A DNA stretch of 64,000 nt from an uncultured Bdellovibrio sp. Its GTDB lineage: Bacteria > Bdellovibrionota > Bdellovibrionia > Bdellovibrionales > Bdellovibrionaceae. The DNA is taken from contig CAWVRN010000016.1 of the NCBI GenBank assembly GCA_963932905.1, positions 32,412 to 96,411 on the forward strand. The letters run 5' to 3'. Below the pieces are notes generated by a model. That model saw only the letters and a list, made by a program, of their open reading frames with translations. It was not told the origin of the DNA and did not search any database. Below are positions 50,253-57,969 of this stretch, one piece after another. Numbering within the stretch: position 1 is the stretch's first letter; each line of letters begins with the position of its first letter. The translations under genes and the position numbers were made by a program.

Positions 50253-51640
50253 GCTTCTTTCGCCGCAAGACTAAGCTGAACGCCGGTTTGTACTTTTGCA
50301 TTTCGATTCATCGACATCGGCAAAAAAATTCTGACTGCGGTGCCGACTCCTTCCTTAGAAGATATCAAAATTCTGCCATTGTATTTTTCGATTATTTTCT
50401 TGGCCCACTGTAAACCCAAACCTTTGCCGTTGGGTTTACCAAAAGACCCACCTTTTTCTAAGATCGTCTTTAAAACTGACTCCGAAATTCCAGAACCGTT
50501 ATCGACAATTGAAATGCAGCACTCATTCGCAATTCGTGTGCAGTTTACGTCAATGCTTCCCCGGTCAGAAACGGCATAGAGTGCGTTGTCGATTAAGTTT
50601 GAAATAATCCGTTTGAAGTCACTGACTTGCATTTCAATGAAGGTATCCTCGGTATTTAGTTTTGTTTGGACGGACACTTGTGGCGTCTGCCTACACATCA
50701 GGCTTTTTTCAGCAACTATTTCGTTCAAGGCAAGATCGACAGACATCGGAAGTTTTTGTATCGGCACTCTGTACTCAGAGCTTTTGCTGGAGGCTGTGTA
50801 TTGGCTGATAACATCGTTTGCGATGTCACTGATCCTCTGCGCCGAGTGATTTAAAACACCCTTGATCGTCGGGTCGAGATGAACTTGTGCCGCATTGAGC
50901 GCCACCTGAAGACTCACAATCGGTGAGCGAATATCATGTGCAACTTGTCTTGCAACATCAAGCGCCGCTTTTGCTTCGGCTGCTGCCTTAGTTACTTCAA
51001 ATTGGTAACTCAAGTTTTCGGCCAAAGAGGAGAATTCACTAATTTTAAATTTTGGTGTTTTTTTCTTGTCGCCCGTTTGGGTTTCTAAGATCTTCATCAA
51101 TTCATTAAGCTCGATTCGAATTCGTGAAAATCCGATTGAAAGACCAGCAAACAATATTACGGCAAGAAGTACGAATCCGATTGCGTTCTTCCCTGCGTTT
51201 TTCCAAATTCCTGCAATTAGATCCGAATTGTCGAACGTAATCGAGATATGTCCCATCCAATTCGAAGCATCCTCAGAAAAGTAGAGATCCGTATCCATGC
51301 GATGAAGTCCTGATGAGGAAGTTTTCAGCTTATTGCAACTTTGAATTGTTTCTGAGATCGACTTAATTTCGATGCAGAAGATTTGTGAGTTCTGCGCAAG
51401 TTCGTTCGCCCGAATTCTTGCTTCAATAAGACTTCCTTGAATAAGCGGTTGGCGAACGACCGCTGCGAAAGTTTCAAATGTGAGTTTCTGACTATCGAGA
51501 CGGGAAGTTTTGTTAACTCGATAGTCGTTCCACGCCAACAGTCCGCTAATGGCGGTGCTGACAAGGAGGACGATTGGAATAAAAATTCTCAGAAAGTATC
51601 GTTGAATAGATCTTGTCGGAGATTTCCCTAGAATTCCCAC
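50249..51640 (-). CDS. Sensor histidine kinase
   Basis: Two TMs around a periplasmic domain; AHDIRSP, NLIDNA, DNGSG, GKGLGL. Confidence 0.93.
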   Translation of the reverse strand: MGILGKSPTRSIQRYFLRIFIPIVLLVSTAISGLLAWNDYRVNKTSRLDSQKLTFETFAAVVRQPLIQGSLIEARIRANELAQNSQIFCIEIKSISETIQSCNKLKTSSSGLHRMDTDLYFSEDASNWMGHISITFDNSDLIAGIWKNAGKNAIGFVLLAVILFAGLSIGFSRIRIELNELMKILETQTGDKKKTPKFKISEFSSLAENLSYQFEVTKAAAEAKAALDVARQVAHDIRSPIVSLQVALNAAQVHLDPTIKGVLNHSAQRISDIANDVISQYTASSKSSEYRVPIQKLPMSVDLALNEIVAEKSLMCRQTPQVSVQTKLNTEDTFIEMQVSDFKRIISNLIDNALYAVSDRGSIDVNCTRIANECCISIVDNGSGISESVLKTILEKGGSFGKPNGKGLGLQWAKKIIEKYNGRILISSKEGVGTAVRIFLPMSMNRNAKVQTGVQLSLAAKEA

Positions 51641-53085
51641 TACAATCCCTTCACAAGATGGAGTCTCGGTGTATAGCGGAAAGTAGCCTCTTCAGAGATC
51701 ATGTTGGTTTGGCCGATAATGTAAAGCGGAACACGCCATCCCGGAACCATCAGCTGCTCTTTACGGAGCTGCTCATTGATCTGCTGAAACAGTTCACTTC
51801 TGACAGTCCAATTTTCTTCTTGTCTGGCACGCTTGTATTTTTCGGCAAGAGCCGGACCAATATAAGTTCCAAAATCTTTTACAAGAAATGTCGGGAGAAG
51901 AGCAATAAATCCTTCGGGATCATTAAACCCACCAGCCCATCCACCAAATATTACGTCAGGTTTTTTCTCAACTATTTTCGTCATTTCAGATGGAGAAATT
52001 TTGATAATCTCAATTTGGAAGCCGTGCTCTTTCGCAATTGCTTGAGCGTCATTTCCCTTAAGAAAGTCATCGAATGTAGCGCCTATGAACGCAAGCCTGA
52101 GTGGTTCTGTTTTTTCATATTTTTTATGCGTAATCTTTGGAGCTTGTGTAGCTGCTAAATGACCCGCAACTCCTTTGGGAATGACGCCGGTTGCTCGCTC
52201 AAGTTCCAATTTCTTACAGCCCTTATCGAGGATCTCTTCAATCAATCCCATCGCTCGGATGCGCATTTCCGGTGTATTGAAATGAGTTCCGTGCGGATGC
52301 CACCACGCTGATGTTTGAGCATAGCTTATTTGGTTCACTGTTTTGAGCTTTTCAAATCCGCTCACTTTTTGCATACCGACCTTTGTGGATAGGGTCGCAC
52401 CAGGAACGTAATCAGGAAGACCGACGGCGGGCACATTGAGATCATGATCACCAAAGAAAACAAGCTGCCATTCGCGGATGCTGATAGCTGACGATTTTGG
52501 ATATTTCTCATTTACTTCGAGATTCCAATTCGCACCTTTTTTTAAAAGACGATAAGGTCCTGAGCCAACGAGGGGTTCTGAAGAATCTTTATCGAAGCTC
52601 CAATCAATAGGAACGACACCAACTTGGTCTCGACTTAGAGCTTTAAGGATCGACACGTTGGGCTCTTTAAGGCGAATAATGAGGACGTCTGAAGCTGGGA
52701 CTTCGATGGATGAAATGCTGCCGAGAAAATTACTCGACTGGGATTTTTTCTGAATGACACGATCAATGGTATATTTAATGTCTTTGGCTTCGAGCTTTTT
52801 CCCATTGGAAAAAAAGCGATCTTTTCTGATTTTGAATTTAATTGTGAGACCCTTGTCCTCAAACGACCAACTCTCAGCAAGGCCCGGAGTAACATTACCC
52901 ATCTTATCGGTATCAACCATAGGCTCGAGAATTTGACCCAATACAATGTGCTCTGCGAATTGATTAACCTCAGCGGGATCGCGGGGAAATGTTGGCGGTA
53001 CATATCCATATTTTTTTGGTGCTGCCGAAACCATTGATGATGTCATAAAAATAATTCCTCCTATGAGAACAAGCCACCTTTTCAT
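51640..53085 (-). CDS. Family-5 (OppA/DppA-like) solute-binding protein, no permease nearby
   Basis: Signal peptide; PGLAESW..., FKIR..RFFSNG..LEAKDIKYTI, VGSGPY. Confidence 0.85.
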   Translation of the reverse strand: MKRWLVLIGGIIFMTSSMVSAAPKKYGYVPPTFPRDPAEVNQFAEHIVLGQILEPMVDTDKMGNVTPGLAESWSFEDKGLTIKFKIRKDRFFSNGKKLEAKDIKYTIDRVIQKKSQSSNFLGSISSIEVPASDVLIIRLKEPNVSILKALSRDQVGVVPIDWSFDKDSSEPLVGSGPYRLLKKGANWNLEVNEKYPKSSAISIREWQLVFFGDHDLNVPAVGLPDYVPGATLSTKVGMQKVSGFEKLKTVNQISYAQTSAWWHPHGTHFNTPEMRIRAMGLIEEILDKGCKKLELERATGVIPKGVAGHLAATQAPKITHKKYEKTEPLRLAFIGATFDDFLKGNDAQAIAKEHGFQIEIIKISPSEMTKIVEKKPDVIFGGWAGGFNDPEGFIALLPTFLVKDFGTYIGPALAEKYKRARQEENWTVRSELFQQINEQLRKEQLMVPGWRVPLYIIGQTNMISEEATFRYTPRLHLVKGL

Positions 53086-53882
53086 TAACTGGCCTGCTTT
53101 CCTGCAATCTCAACCAACTTCTTAGCAAATGAAGTTAGCTCTTGATCCTCAAATGCCTCTGTGTTTTGTCGTAAGAGGTCTTGATATTTTTGATTTGTTT
53201 CTCCAGTTGAGCGCTGGAACTGAACCATTCGATACAACGCCCACAACGAATGCAGCCTGCCGATTGGAGGTCTCTTTGTTCCCTGAAAGGGCGCATGAAC
53301 CTCGTTATAGTCAAATGGTTGATTCACTAGCCGATCGAGCAGATTCACAAGAAATAATTCTTGATGGGCCATTTCGTGAACAACAGAAACGGCCAGTTGT
53401 TGCACTGTTTGCTGTCTGACCCCATCCCCAATTAAAATTAATCCGAATATATGGGGATGCGAGGCGCTTCTGAAATTCACGCCCCTTACCCGCAGAAATC
53501 CACTGATATTTTCTTTTCGCAACGACGAAAGATCTTTGTCCGCCTGATCAACTAACATCAGTGCTTCTTGAAGTTTACTTCGTGTCTCAACTTCGAAAGC
53601 CCCGATACTCGAACCTTCGTAATCGACAAAGAATGTTGCTTCAATAAGGCTTTTCGCGGCAACACTCAGTTGGAGTGGATCAATGGCCTGACTCAAATTT
53701 GGCAACGAAATTTGATCGGGGTGAACTTTTCCGTAAAACCCCATGCACAACGCTGAAAGACTCTTAGCAAGGGGATCGACCTGCAATCCAGTTGCTAAAC
53801 GTCTTCGAAAAGAGGGAGCGATATCTTGCAGACACCACTCCCCGCGGCTCAATTCTGAGAGGATTCGTTCAATCAGACTCAT
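53085..53882 (-). CDS. HExxH-motif protein (alphaKG-HExxH/TIGR04267-like putative peptide-modifying enzyme)
   Basis: SASHPHIFGLI, VVHEMAHQELF, APFQGTKRPPIGRLHSLWA; no signal peptide. Confidence 0.8.
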   Translation of the reverse strand: MSLIERILSELSRGEWCLQDIAPSFRRRLATGLQVDPLAKSLSALCMGFYGKVHPDQISLPNLSQAIDPLQLSVAAKSLIEATFFVDYEGSSIGAFEVETRSKLQEALMLVDQADKDLSSLRKENISGFLRVRGVNFRSASHPHIFGLILIGDGVRQQTVQQLAVSVVHEMAHQELFLVNLLDRLVNQPFDYNEVHAPFQGTKRPPIGRLHSLWALYRMVQFQRSTGETNQKYQDLLRQNTEAFEDQELTSFAKKLVEIAGKQAS

Positions 53883-53883
53883 T

Positions 53884-54192
53884 TTAGAGAGCGCTCGCTT
53901 TTATGATGTCAGCAGCTAAAATTTTGAAGGCACCATTTTCAAAAACTGAGAGATCAAGCTCGCCATCTTGTTTAACCTGAAAAGCAAGATCGCTCGCACT
54001 TTTGGCCTGCGCAAGTTCAGTCAATTTCTGCAAATCAATTTTCATCGTTTGTGCAGCGGATTGAGTTAGGGAATAGTAAATACCTTTTTGAAGAGAGTTA
54101 AGATCAATCGCCTTTTCTCCACACGCATGCGCGGCCTCGATTCCCGCTGCTAGAGCCGCTATTGCACCTATAGTACTTTTTAATATTTTCAT
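53884..54192 (-). CDS. Small secreted protein, putative signal-peptide precursor
   Basis: GGGGG RBS; Sec signal ending AHA|C; first gene of the operon. Confidence 0.7.
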   Translation of the reverse strand: MKILKSTIGAIAALAAGIEAAHACGEKAIDLNSLQKGIYYSLTQSAAQTMKIDLQKLTELAQAKSASDLAFQVKQDGELDLSVFENGAFKILAADIIKASAL

Positions 54193-54231
54193 CGAACCCC
54201 CTTTTTGATTTAAAACCTACGAAATTCTCTA

Positions 54232-54247
54232 TGCAGAGACGGTGCCA
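54232..54247 (-). promoter_or_regulatory. sigma54 -24/-12 promoter of the signalling operon
   Basis: TGGCAC-CGTCT-CTGCA, near-consensus, 40 nt upstream of ATG 54192. Confidence 0.85.
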
Positions 54248-54293
54248 ACTGCCTAATGATTAAACAGTGTTTGATGATGAAATATCCTTAAAT

Positions 54294-54394
54294 TCGTCGA
54301 GAACTCGCCAATACCTATTTATTCAACGATAGCGGTCGTCGAAATCTCGCCAAAGGCGGTGTCTTTTAGGCTAACTGGTGTCGAAATCACGCCA
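54294..54394. promoter_or_regulatory. Three 17-bp activator-site-like repeats at exact 42-bp spacing
   Basis: TCGTCGAGAACTCGCCA (54294), TCGTCGAAATCTCGCCA (54336), GTGTCGAAATCACGCCA (54378). Confidence 0.8.
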
Positions 54395-54796
54395 CTTTGT
54401 TGTCCGCGCTATGAAGTTTTTTCATGCCGACTATGTTTTCACTATTATTGAATCTATGTTTTGCCCTTGACGAGGAGATGTCTCGGTTGCAGCAGAACCA
54501 ACAGACGCGATACCAATATAACTCGATCTCGTGTCAGATTGCTGAGAAGCTAAAGTCACAACTCACTATCGCCAAAACCATTTTCAAAATTCAGAAATAC
54601 ACTTCACAAACGGTGAAGTGTGAACTGTGTCCTCAAAGACAGGATTTTTGTAGAAAATTTGTCCAAACTTTACGACGTTAGAATAGCGAGAGGCTCTTTG
54701 ATTGATCTGGTTTTGCCAGAGATGGAGTGACAATGGGTGTTGTCCTTATCCGTGTACAGCTTGCATCGAAATTCAGACAAAGCTATTATTCGTTGG

Positions 54797-55837
54797 ATGC
54801 AGAGTATCGAATTTTATCAAAATCATCTCAATAAAGTGAGCCGGAGTTTTTCTTTCTGCATTGCACGTCTTGATCATGAAATGCGCTTATGGGTCAGTAT
54901 TTCTTATTTGCTTTGTCGAATTTTAGATTGCATTGAAGATGCCAGTTGGATCTGTAAAAGCGATCAAGAAGCAACCTTCAATGACTTTGATGATTTTGTA
55001 AAGAACAGGCCTGAGGCTATAGATTTTCATGAGTGGATTGTGCGGTTTCCTAAAAATATGCCATTGTTTGAAATTCAGCTAATTGAAGACTCACATGCGG
55101 TTTTTTCTGACCTCCACAGTCTCCCTGAAAATATAAAAAAGCATATCGTTAAAACAGTCATTCAAATGAGTTTTGGCATGCGGAAATTTGTTTTGCAAAA
55201 CGGATCGAATCAAAAAATTAAATTGAGCAGTATTCAAGAAGTGAATATCTATTGCTATTTCGTTGCCGGCGTTGTTGGGGAACTCCTATCCGCCCTATTG
55301 ATGGAGAAACACACAAACTCGCAATTCAAATTTAAAAATCTGACACACCAGTATCAGTTTGGTTTGTTTTTACAAAAAATAAATATTCTTAAAGATCAAA
55401 AGACGGATGAAAGTGAGGGCCGGTATCTGGTTCACTCTCGTGAAGACTTGCTTTCGAGTCTGTCCAGCAATGCAGACGGAGCACTTCAGTACTTGCTCGA
55501 CATTCCAATTTGTGAAAAAGGGTATAGATTATTTTGCGCTTGGTCATTGTTTTTAGGGCTGTCGATGTTGCCATTTTTAAGACAAACGTGGTTGAAAAAT
55601 TTATTTTCTAGAATGCCGCGAAAATGGGTCGAAAAAAAATTAAAACATCTAGAAACAATTATCGACGACAATGAAAACATTGGCCGATTCTTCTCGAAAA
55701 GAATGCCTCGAAATAGTATTTTTAGGCGCAGTCCACACAACCCGAAAAAAGTGCTAACCTTCGCTGAGCTCAGTGCGAACTATAATTTGATTTTGCCTGA
55801 AAACTCTCTCCAAGAATTAGGCCTTGTCGGAAGATAG
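54797..55837 (+). CDS. Squalene/phytoene synthase family protein
   Basis: VSRSF, YLLCRILDCIED, YCYFVAGVVG, FGLFLQKINILKD; start uncertain (54737 or 54797). Confidence 0.85.
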   Translation: MQSIEFYQNHLNKVSRSFSFCIARLDHEMRLWVSISYLLCRILDCIEDASWICKSDQEATFNDFDDFVKNRPEAIDFHEWIVRFPKNMPLFEIQLIEDSHAVFSDLHSLPENIKKHIVKTVIQMSFGMRKFVLQNGSNQKIKLSSIQEVNIYCYFVAGVVGELLSALLMEKHTNSQFKFKNLTHQYQFGLFLQKINILKDQKTDESEGRYLVHSREDLLSSLSSNADGALQYLLDIPICEKGYRLFCAWSLFLGLSMLPFLRQTWLKNLFSRMPRKWVEKKLKHLETIIDDNENIGRFFSKRMPRNSIFRRSPHNPKKVLTFAELSANYNLILPENSLQELGLVGR

Positions 55838-56102
55838 CAACTCATTTAAGTGCCTCGTCGAACAATAATGAGCCCACTCACGACAATGGATTCCCCAATT
55901 TTTGACATCTACTGCACAAATAGGGGCTGTTGACGTTTTATAGGTGAACCAGATAAGGGCGCAAGCGAGGCAAAGAGTGCCTATGAATTTCTTCAGTAAC
56001 CAGGTAGTTCAAACCACAAGTTAGTCCCCGACATTGTTTCCTGAATTAGTTTCGCAGCGTTCTTTTGATCCAGTAAACGGTAAGGGCACCAAGGCCAAAA
56101 GA

Positions 56103-56729
56103 TCACTCTATCAGACTGAAAATGATCTGGTCGATTAAATCCTTACGGAAAGTTTTGCTGTTCAGTGATGTTTTGTAGAATTTAAGGGCACAATTTTTGG
56201 TTTTCATTAAATTCATAAAGGGAGATAGCACTTGGATCATGAGAATTTGCTCATCATGTGTTCTCGCTCGGAGAAATCCGGCCTTGGCAGCATCACGAAG
56301 GAACTTTTTAAAAATATCGAAAGTTTTAAACAAAGTTTGAGAGAAAACTTTTTCGGCTTCAGGCTGCTCTTTTTCAAGCTCTTCAAGAAAAAGCCTAATC
56401 AGGGCCGAGTTGTCGAGATAAAAATGAATCATTTCGCTCAGGAACGCTTTCAAGCGCTCTTCAAAATCTTGTTTGGAGTCAAACTTTTCAATCAGGCGCT
56501 CCATTTTCTGAGCACCTTTTTCGGTTAGTTCTTCAAGGATTGCATTGAGCAGCCCATCTTTACCAGTGAAGTAATAGGAAATCAGACTGATATTCACCTG
56601 AGCTCTTTCGCAAATCTCGCGGATAGAAACAGCGTGAAAACCTTTGCTTGAGAAAAGCTCAATCCCGGCTTTAATCAGTTTCTGTTTCGAATCATTTTGC
56701 TCTGAGGGATCATTTGCTGATTTGACTAT
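56103..56729 (-). CDS. TetR family regulator with ATA start codon
   Basis: Frame stays open upstream of the ORF call through the HTH (KQKLIKAGIELFSSKGFHAVSIREICERAQVNISLISYYF) to ATA, 5 nt after AGGAGG. Confidence 0.75.
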   Translation of the reverse strand: MVKSANDPSEQNDSKQKLIKAGIELFSSKGFHAVSIREICERAQVNISLISYYFTGKDGLLNAILEELTEKGAQKMERLIEKFDSKQDFEERLKAFLSEMIHFYLDNSALIRLFLEELEKEQPEAEKVFSQTLFKTFDIFKKFLRDAAKAGFLRARTHDEQILMIQVLSPFMNLMKTKNCALKFYKTSLNSKTFRKDLIDQIIFSLIE

Positions 56730-56907
56730 AGTTTCCTCCTGCGTGTGATGCCGTTGCCTGTTTCGCTGATCCCACTTGATCTGGCGAATCCATCAGGCCT
56801 TCAATTTTAGCCAGCTTGTGGGCTTTCTTGAGACTCCATCTTCGGAATCTTTCAAAGTAAGAGAAAGCGGCCGGAACTACGACTAGAGTCAACAGAGTCG
56901 AAGAGAT
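56710..56907 (-). pseudogene. C-terminal remnant of a second RND transporter
   Basis: ISSTLLTLVVVPAAFSYFERFRRWS vs ISSTILTLVVVPAIFSYVDRYRIWS of the intact RND gene. Confidence 0.8.
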
Positions 56908-57266
56908 TACTGTCCATCATTCAGCCATGACACAGCAGCCGATAAATCATTATAAAAAACTCTGTAAATGCCCTCACCAAAAGCCAGTCTCGCAAGGTAA
57001 GCTAGTTTTGTATCAGGCACCAATATAGCTCTTTTGAGTTTTAAATCATTCGCGGCATCGAGATCAGGGGTTTTCCAATGTGAAATCACCAGGTCTAATT
57101 CAGGCGCGGCCATCTCCAAGGCATCATATAAAATTAGGCGAGAGCCAGTGTCCTTTGCGATCTGAAAAATAGTTTCCTGACATGTCTTCAGGTAATCTCG
57201 CGTTGGAACTCCTCTGAGTCTAGCAATAATGATGTTTCCCTTGAGTTCGACCCATAGATTTTCCAT
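56907..57266 (-). CDS. STAS/SpoIIAA-like small protein
   Basis: IIIARLRG, LILYDA, RAILV, VFYNDLSAAVSWL. Confidence 0.7.
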   Translation of the reverse strand: MENLWVELKGNIIIARLRGVPTRDYLKTCQETIFQIAKDTGSRLILYDALEMAAPELDLVISHWKTPDLDAANDLKLKRAILVPDTKLAYLARLAFGEGIYRVFYNDLSAAVSWLNDGQ

Positions 57267-57267
57267 A

Positions 57268-57870
57268 CTACAAACCCTCATTCATAATGACACTTGCCAC
57301 CAAACTTTTAACCAATTTCTCCCGAAACTCTTTGTCTTCTATGGAGACGCCCAGATGCCTAGACGTGGAATTTCGCATTTGAACCAAAGCTGCTAAGGGA
57401 CCAAAAAGCTGAATAATTGTGACACGAGCGTCCTTATTTTTAGGAACAAACCCTTTCTTCTTTCCTGTCTCCAAAAACCTCTCTAAGCATTTAAGTACAT
57501 TTGAATAAGCAACATTATATTCACTTTCCGCGCCATCGAATCCCTGCTCAAGCTGTTGAAGAAAGAGTTTGATGAGCGTTGCTTGCTCGGAAAAAAATAA
57601 GGCAAGCTCGTTCAAAAAAAGTTCGAGACGAATCTTAAATTCAGACTGATTTTCAAATTTGTGCAAAAACCGATTGGCGCGCACGAGTTTGTCATGGGCC
57701 AATGTCTTCAGGGCCGCAACAAGAAGCCCTTCCTTACCACCGAAGTAGTAACTGATCATGGAAACATTGACTCCAGACTTCTCCATGATTTCAGAGACAC
57801 TCGTGCCCTCGTAGCCTTTCTCCGAGAACAAAGAGATCGCGGTTGAGATCAATTCGTCTTTTGACGACAT
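57268..57870 (-). CDS. TetR/AcrR family regulator
   Basis: FSEKGYEGTSVSEI...NVSMISYYFGGKEGL. Confidence 0.9.
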   Translation of the reverse strand: MSSKDELISTAISLFSEKGYEGTSVSEIMEKSGVNVSMISYYFGGKEGLLVAALKTLAHDKLVRANRFLHKFENQSEFKIRLELFLNELALFFSEQATLIKLFLQQLEQGFDGAESEYNVAYSNVLKCLERFLETGKKKGFVPKNKDARVTIIQLFGPLAALVQMRNSTSRHLGVSIEDKEFREKLVKSLVASVIMNEGL

Positions 57871-57969
57871 ACCCCTCTCCTTTCTGTTCGACCGCCTTCT
57901 AACCCCGCAAAACCGGCCCCAACAATGATGACGATCATTTGCCAGATGCCTTTTTCGGATGCTGAATTC

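Larger units (their letters stand above)
25660..54400 (-). mobile_element. Integrative conjugative element (tyrosine integrase, MOB-P relaxase, F-like T4SS); right boundary not identified
   Basis: Integrase+Xis, relaxase+MobC, oriT, T4CP, VirB4 and tra genes all on the minus strand; visibly higher GC than 1-25 kb. Confidence 0.88.

Noticed and set aside
53884..54192. Lipoprotein call for the precursor
   Set aside because: AHAC is not a canonical lipobox; AxA fits signal peptidase I, though lipidation is not excluded.
54294..54394. Mini CRISPR array
   Set aside because: Repeats are 17 bp, degenerate, only three, with no cas genes; promoter context fits activator sites better.
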